From: Chlamydiota bacterium
GTDB lineage: Bacteria > Auribacterota > Tritonobacteria > UBA1439
Direction of reading: 5' to 3'
Assembly: GCA_037133055.1 (NCBI GenBank)
Contig: JBAXOY010000099.1
Coordinates: forward strand, 1-11,014
Length of the DNA stretch: 11,014 bases
Of this stretch, positions 6,394 through 11,014 are shown one piece after another; the first letter of the stretch is position 1; every line of letters begins with the position of its first letter. A program made the position numbers and the translations under genes. The notes under the pieces were generated by a model, which saw only the letters and a list, made by a program, of their open reading frames with translations, was not told the DNA's origin and made no database searches.

Positions 6394-8076
6394 ATGCCAA
6401 AGGGCAGGCCCGAAGAAACACGGCGCAAGAAGTTCCCTCCGCACGACGATGGATTGTCGGCGGATGGTGAACTGGCCCTTATTCGAGAATTCCTCGACCG
6501 ATCGAACGACTACTATTCGGTCATAGAGATGAATTCGGGGCGTTTTCTCCACGTCAGCGAAAAGGTCCTTCGCGCAACCGGGTATTCGCGGGATGAATTC
6601 GCTCGGCTGCGGGTCGCTGATATCGACCCTTCCATCACAGAGCCATGGGACCCGAAGAAAGAGCGGAGGATGCGCGCGAAGCAGGATACATTTCTCCGCG
6701 AGGGTTTGGTCGCGAGAAAAGACGGCAGTACATTTCCCGTGGAGATCATTTCTCTCATCGTTCGCTTCGGCCGCGCCGATTACATGATCGCCACCTTCCA
6801 CGACATCACCCCTGTCAAACAGGCGGAAAGGGAGCTTCGCCTTTCAGAGGAGAGGTTCAACCAGGTCGCCGAGAATTCCAAGGAGTGGCTATGGGAAGTG
6901 GATGCGAAGGGGATGTACACCTATTCCAGTCCGGTGGTTGAAAAGATCATCGGATACACACCCGGGGAACTCGTGGGGAAAAAACACTTTTATGACTTTT
7001 TTACGCCGGAGGCCCGGGCTCGTCTCACACGCGCGACATTTGAACTCTTCTCCAGGAAACAGCCCTTCCGGGAGCATCGCGCCGAGTACGTGCATAGAAA
7101 TGGCTCGACGATTTATCTCTCGAGCAGCGGGGTCCCCCTGCTCGACAAGAAAGGGAATCTCGCAGGCTACAGGGTTTCGGACGTGGGCATCACCGCACGG
7201 GATACGGCGGAGCGGGAGTCCAAGCGTCTCATGGAGAGACTGGAAGCCTCCAACAGAAATCTGGAGCAATTCGCCTACATCGCCTCGCACGATCTGCAAT
7301 CCCCTCTGCATACGGTGATGGGCTACCTCCAGCTCATCGAGCTGGACGATCATGGGGAGGCGGCCGCCCGTATCGCCAAGTATGTGCCCCGGTGCATGGA
7401 TGGTATTGCACGGATGCAGACGCTCATCAAAGACCTCCTTGCGTACTCCAGGGTGGGGAGCCGGAAGGAAGACTCCGCTCCCGTCGACTGCGACCATTTC
7501 GTGGACACGGTCCTCGCCGGCATGAATAAGGTCATCAAGGAGAAGGATGCGGCGATAACCCGCGACAGGCTGCCGCGCATCAAAGCCGCCCGAACTCACA
7601 TGATCCAACTGTTCCAGAACCTGATATCAAACGCACTGGAGTACCGCAGCAAACGTCCATGCCGGGTGCATATCTCAGCACGTCCCGAGCATGGCGAATG
7701 GCTCTTTTCCGTGAGCGACAACGGCATAGGCATCCCCAAGGAGGACTCGTTGCGGATATTCGGCTTGCTGGAGCGGCTCCACGGGGCGGGGGAGCACCCG
7801 GGGACGGGGATAGGCCTTGCCATCTGCAAGAGGATTGTTGAATTCTACGGGGGACGTATATGGGTGGAGTCTGAGATGGGAAAGGGTTCGACCTTTTACT
7901 TCACCATGCCGGCAGAGAGGCCGCAGAACCCCCTCAAGAGCACGCCCGACGCCCCCCGGGCCAGGGGGCGGGCTCCGAGGGCAATGACTGCGGGCCGCCC
8001 GCGAAAGGCCATGACAAAGTCCGGGAAGGACCATCATGAAGGGCACAGCGATCAGAGTTCTCCTCATCGAAGATGA
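6394..8076 (+). CDS. Cytoplasmic PAS-PAS sensor histidine kinase (HisKA + HATPase_c, Cph1/phytochrome-type kinase core)
   Basis: Two PAS/PAC domains (RKDGSTFPVEI...HDIT; HRNGSTIYL...), H-box FAYIASHDLQSPL, N-box QLFQNLISNA, G1 DNGIGI, G2 GTGIGLAIC and GKGSTFYFT. No TM segments. Confidence 0.95.
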   Translation: MPKGRPEETRRKKFPPHDDGLSADGELALIREFLDRSNDYYSVIEMNSGRFLHVSEKVLRATGYSRDEFARLRVADIDPSITEPWDPKKERRMRAKQDTFLREGLVARKDGSTFPVEIISLIVRFGRADYMIATFHDITPVKQAERELRLSEERFNQVAENSKEWLWEVDAKGMYTYSSPVVEKIIGYTPGELVGKKHFYDFFTPEARARLTRATFELFSRKQPFREHRAEYVHRNGSTIYLSSSGVPLLDKKGNLAGYRVSDVGITARDTAERESKRLMERLEASNRNLEQFAYIASHDLQSPLHTVMGYLQLIELDDHGEAAARIAKYVPRCMDGIARMQTLIKDLLAYSRVGSRKEDSAPVDCDHFVDTVLAGMNKVIKEKDAAITRDRLPRIKAARTHMIQLFQNLISNALEYRSKRPCRVHISARPEHGEWLFSVSDNGIGIPKEDSLRIFGLLERLHGAGEHPGTGIGLAICKRIVEFYGGRIWVESEMGKGSTFYFTMPAERPQNPLKSTPDAPRARGRAPRAMTAGRPRKAMTKSGKDHHEGHSDQSSPHRR

Positions 8077-9004
8077 ACCGGAGCAGGCGGCCCTCATAGG
8101 GGAGATGCTCTCGACCGACGGGAGCACACCCGCAGCAGGGTACGGCTGCGACCGCGCATATGCGCTGGAATGCGCACCGCGCCTTTCGAAAGGCATAACG
8201 CGGCTTGCCTCGGGAGGGATCGACGTGGTCCTGCTGGACCTGTCTCTGCCCGACAGCAAGGGGCTCGAGACCTATGCCAAGGTCCATGCCTCCTCCCCTG
8301 ATGTGCCGATTGTGATAGTCACCAGCAGCGACCGCGAGGAATACGCGGTGAAGGCGCTCAGCAAGGGAGCGCAGGATTATATTTTCAAAGGCACTATAAA
8401 CAGGGAAGTCTTCAGGCGCTCCATCTACTACGCGATAGAAAGGAACAAGCTGCAGATGAAACTTCGGGCCATGTCCCTTGAGGACGAGCTCACGGGTCTG
8501 AATAACAGGAGGGGGTTCTACACCCTGACCGCGCAACAGATAAAGATGGAGAGGCGGATGAAGCGAGGCATGTCCCTCATTTTTGCGGATATTGACGATT
8601 TAAAGCGGATCAACGACAACTTCGGGCATTATGAGGGGGACCGGGCGCTGGCGGAGTTTGCCTGCATTCTCAAGCGTTGTTTCCGCGAAGCGGACATCAT
8701 CGCCCGGATCGGGGGCGACGAGTTCGCGGTCCTCACGACCGGCGATAGGAGTGAGAAACTGATCGAGCGATTGCAGATCGCCATAAACGCGCGCAACGCG
8801 CGGGGGGATCTCGGGTACACTCTCTCCGCAAGCGCGGGCGCCATGATCTGTCAACCCGGCAAACCCTGTTCAACCGAAGATCTGCTCAGGCGCGCGGACG
8901 AAGCGATGTATACGCACAAACGGATCGGCAATGCAATGACGCGACACGCGGACGTTGACAGCGCCGGGGTCCGCGGTCCGGAAGGCGGTCGATATGGTCG
9001 ATAA
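8036..9004 (+). CDS. Response-regulator diguanylate cyclase (REC-GGDEF)
   Basis: REC motifs LLIEDE, VVLLDLSLPD, VTS and GAQDYIFK; DELTGLNNRR; intact ARIGGDEF; RxxD I-site (READ) five residues upstream; AAGGA RBS. Confidence 0.95.
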   Translation: MKGTAIRVLLIEDEPEQAALIGEMLSTDGSTPAAGYGCDRAYALECAPRLSKGITRLASGGIDVVLLDLSLPDSKGLETYAKVHASSPDVPIVIVTSSDREEYAVKALSKGAQDYIFKGTINREVFRRSIYYAIERNKLQMKLRAMSLEDELTGLNNRRGFYTLTAQQIKMERRMKRGMSLIFADIDDLKRINDNFGHYEGDRALAEFACILKRCFREADIIARIGGDEFAVLTTGDRSEKLIERLQIAINARNARGDLGYTLSASAGAMICQPGKPCSTEDLLRRADEAMYTHKRIGNAMTRHADVDSAGVRGPEGGRYGR

Positions 9005-10742
9005 CGGCATCAGGGTCCTCCTGATCGAGGACAACCCCGCGGAAGCGGACCTGATCGCGGAGATGTGCCTTAACGCCGATGGCGCTCCTTTCGACATCGT
9101 GCGCGCGGGGCGGATGTCGGAGGGCCTGACGCAGCTCACCGCGGGAGGCTTCGATCTCGTGCTTCTGGACCTCACGCTCCCGGACAACCGCGGCCTCGAT
9201 AGGTTCGACGAGTTACACCACCACGCGCCGGGCGTGCCGATCGTAGTGCTCACCTGCGTGGATGACGAATCTCTCGCGATGAATGCGGTCATTGCCGGCG
9301 CCCAGGATTACCTGGTGAAGGGCCAGGTGGACAGCCGGATGCTCAAACGCTGCATGAGATATGCCATCGAACGGAAACAGGCGGAGACGAAACTCAGCGC
9401 CATGCTTGTACAGATTGAAAAGAGCCATGACGACATGCAGGCTATCCTCGATCAATTTCGCATACCCATTGCGATGACCGACGAAAAGGGCCGCATCACG
9501 TTCCTCAGCCGCGCGTGGCAGGATTACCTCCAGGCGACCCGTGAGAAGGCGGTGGGGCAACACTGGGAGCAGCTATTCCCATTCCACCAGGCGGAAATGG
9601 CCGAGTTGAAGGCCTTGTGCGGGCAGCCGTCCGGTGCGCGATCGCGGGTGCCTGTTCACCTGTCGGTCCCCCGGGGGCGGCAGTATTTTTTTGAGGTCGA
9701 GGTCCACGACGACCCCCGCGAGCGGGAGAGGAAGATCTTTTACCTCTACGACATGACCGAGGCGTACAACCTGCGCAGAGAATTGACCAAGTGCGCCGGG
9801 TTCCACAATCTCCTGGGCCAGAGCGAATCGATGCATCTCATTTACCGGCAAATAGAGGAGGTCTCCAAGGTTGACTGGACCGTCCTCATCGAGGGGGAGA
9901 CGGGGGTGGGCAAGGAGCTTGTCGCGGAGGCAATACACTTCTCGAGCCATCGCAGAGAAAAGCCGTTTATCCCGGTGAACTGCGCGGGCCTGATGGAGTC
10001 CCTGCTCGCAAGCCAGTTGTTCGGCCACAGGCGCGGGGCATTCACCGGCGCCGTAGAGGACCACAAGGGGTTTTTTGAAGCGGCGAGCGGCGGAACGCTC
10101 TTCCTCGATGAGATCGGCGACATTCCCCCGGCCATACAATCACATCTGTTGCGCGCCATTGAGACGAAGGTGATCACCCGCTTGGGCGAATCCAAATCAC
10201 ACAAGGTGGACGTCCGGCTCCTCGCAGCGACGAACATGGATCTGAATCACATGGGAAGGGAGGGTCAATTCCGGCCCGATCTGCTCTACCGCCTCCGTGT
10301 CGCGAGGATATGCATCCCCCCCCTCCGCGAGCGCCGCGGGGATATCCCTCTGCTCGTGAGCAAGTTCCTGAGCGAGAGCTGCGCCGTGACGGCAAAGAAT
10401 GTGCGGGAGGTAAGCAGCGAGGCCATGCGCCTCCTGTTCGACTACAGCTGGCCCGGGAATGTGCGGGAGTTGAAGAGCGCAATCGAGTTCGCCGTCATCC
10501 ACGTGCAGGGGGCGGTGATAAAAGCTGTTAATTTGCCCCCCGAGATACGCAACACGTCCGGTCTGGAGAAGGTATTTAACGCCCCCCTCGCGGGTGAACG
10601 GCAACGCATCCTCGACGCACTCAAGAAGGTGGGGGGCAACCGCAGCCGGGCAGCGCAGCTCCTCGGCGTGGGACGGGCGACCCTCTATCGCTATATGGAT
10701 AATCTCGACATAGGATTAAAACGTACTACCGCTCCCCGATAG
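8994..10742 (+). CDS. Sigma54-dependent enhancer-binding protein, REC-PAS-AAA+-Fis-type HTH (NtrC family)
   Basis: REC (LLIEDN, LVLLDLTLPD, GAQDYLVK), PAS-like region, Walker A GETGVGKE, GAFTGA, Walker B LFLDEIG, WPGNVREL, and HTH GNRSRAAQLLGVGRATLYRY. Start set at ATG 8994, overlapping the previous gene by 11 nt. Confidence 0.96.
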   Translation: MVDNGIRVLLIEDNPAEADLIAEMCLNADGAPFDIVRAGRMSEGLTQLTAGGFDLVLLDLTLPDNRGLDRFDELHHHAPGVPIVVLTCVDDESLAMNAVIAGAQDYLVKGQVDSRMLKRCMRYAIERKQAETKLSAMLVQIEKSHDDMQAILDQFRIPIAMTDEKGRITFLSRAWQDYLQATREKAVGQHWEQLFPFHQAEMAELKALCGQPSGARSRVPVHLSVPRGRQYFFEVEVHDDPRERERKIFYLYDMTEAYNLRRELTKCAGFHNLLGQSESMHLIYRQIEEVSKVDWTVLIEGETGVGKELVAEAIHFSSHRREKPFIPVNCAGLMESLLASQLFGHRRGAFTGAVEDHKGFFEAASGGTLFLDEIGDIPPAIQSHLLRAIETKVITRLGESKSHKVDVRLLAATNMDLNHMGREGQFRPDLLYRLRVARICIPPLRERRGDIPLLVSKFLSESCAVTAKNVREVSSEAMRLLFDYSWPGNVRELKSAIEFAVIHVQGAVIKAVNLPPEIRNTSGLEKVFNAPLAGERQRILDALKKVGGNRSRAAQLLGVGRATLYRYMDNLDIGLKRTTAPR

Positions 10743-10804
10743 TCGTACTCCCCACTCGGTATCAATCTATCTCTGCCCCATACGATACATCTCCGAAACA
10801 ACAA

Positions 10805-10822
10805 TGAGACATAGTATGTCTT
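10805..10822. promoter_or_regulatory. Palindromic candidate upstream activator sequence AGACATA-G-TATGTCT
   Basis: Perfect 7-bp inverted repeat at 10807-10821, overlapping TGAGACA at 10805-10811, ~100 nt upstream of the -24 box. Confidence 0.5.
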
Positions 10823-10918
10823 GATTTTCCCTCTTCACTTGATGCTCATGGGCTACGCCTTAATCGCTTCTCACTATCCCGCATAGAGTTATAACCACTC
10901 ATTCCAAAATTGGTGTTG

Positions 10919-10934
10919 TGGCACATAATATGCT
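10919..10934 (+). promoter_or_regulatory. Sigma54 -24/-12 promoter TGGCAC-ATAAT-ATGCT
   Basis: GG(10920-21)-N10-GC(10932-33) with full TGGCAC; directly downstream of a sigma54 activator gene and 35 nt before an ATG. Confidence 0.85.
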
Positions 10935-10968
10935 TCACCTTTGGAAGCAACCGTGTGAACAGTAGGGC

Positions 10969-11014
10969 ATGAATATGAAGAATACGCATAGCATCTTCGG
11001 GGATGAAACCGGGG
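10969..11014 (+). CDS. 5' end of an ORF truncated by the window: MNMKNTHSIFGDETG..., possible prepilin-like leader
   Basis: Open from ATG 10969 (or 10975) to the window edge, positioned behind the sigma54 promoter. Only 15 codons are visible and the RBS is weak. Confidence 0.5.
   Translation, partial: MNMKNTHSIFGDETG

Noticed and set aside
6379..6394. Minus-strand TGGCACACCATTCCGC as a sigma54 promoter
   Set aside because: GG to GC spacing is 11 rather than the required 10, and there is no TTGC.
5870..6526. ORFs in the 5.8-6.4 kb intergenic region, including a possible leader peptide at 5949-6137 or 6182-6526
   Set aside because: No convincing RBS, codon bias or motif; the region is better explained as promoter plus structured leader.
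6889..10639. Antisense ORFs over the signalling operon (6889-7608, 7675-8259, 7934-8536, 9573-10139 and others)
   Set aside because: Shadow frames of three well-supported plus-strand genes.

Overview
GC-rich bacterial window with no rRNA, tRNA, CRISPR array or intact mobile element. In order: a patch of short ~10-nt-period tandem repeats (17-178); a GT-C fold (GT39/PMT_2, ArnT-like) membrane glycosyltransferase; a convergent 81-aa orphan gene with a near-consensus sigma70 promoter; a two-lobed retropepsin-like aspartyl protease; an eroded ~36-codon fragment of comM/yifB (not in the ORF track); a probably secreted PHP-family metallohydrolase with five 23-aa Ca-binding TSP3-like repeats; a ~380-nt structured, repeat-bearing leader; and an overlapping three-gene signalling operon (PAS-PAS histidine kinase, REC-GGDEF diguanylate cyclase, REC-PAS-AAA+-HTH sigma54 activator). 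The operon is followed by a palindromic candidate enhancer, a consensus sigma54 promoter and the first 15 codons of an ORF resembling a prepilin leader (IFGDETG). The best system-level hypothesis is one kinase branching to two similar receiver domains, coupling c-di-GMP synthesis to sigma54 transcription of a pilin-like gene. Family assignments come from motif recognition by eye; no searches were run.
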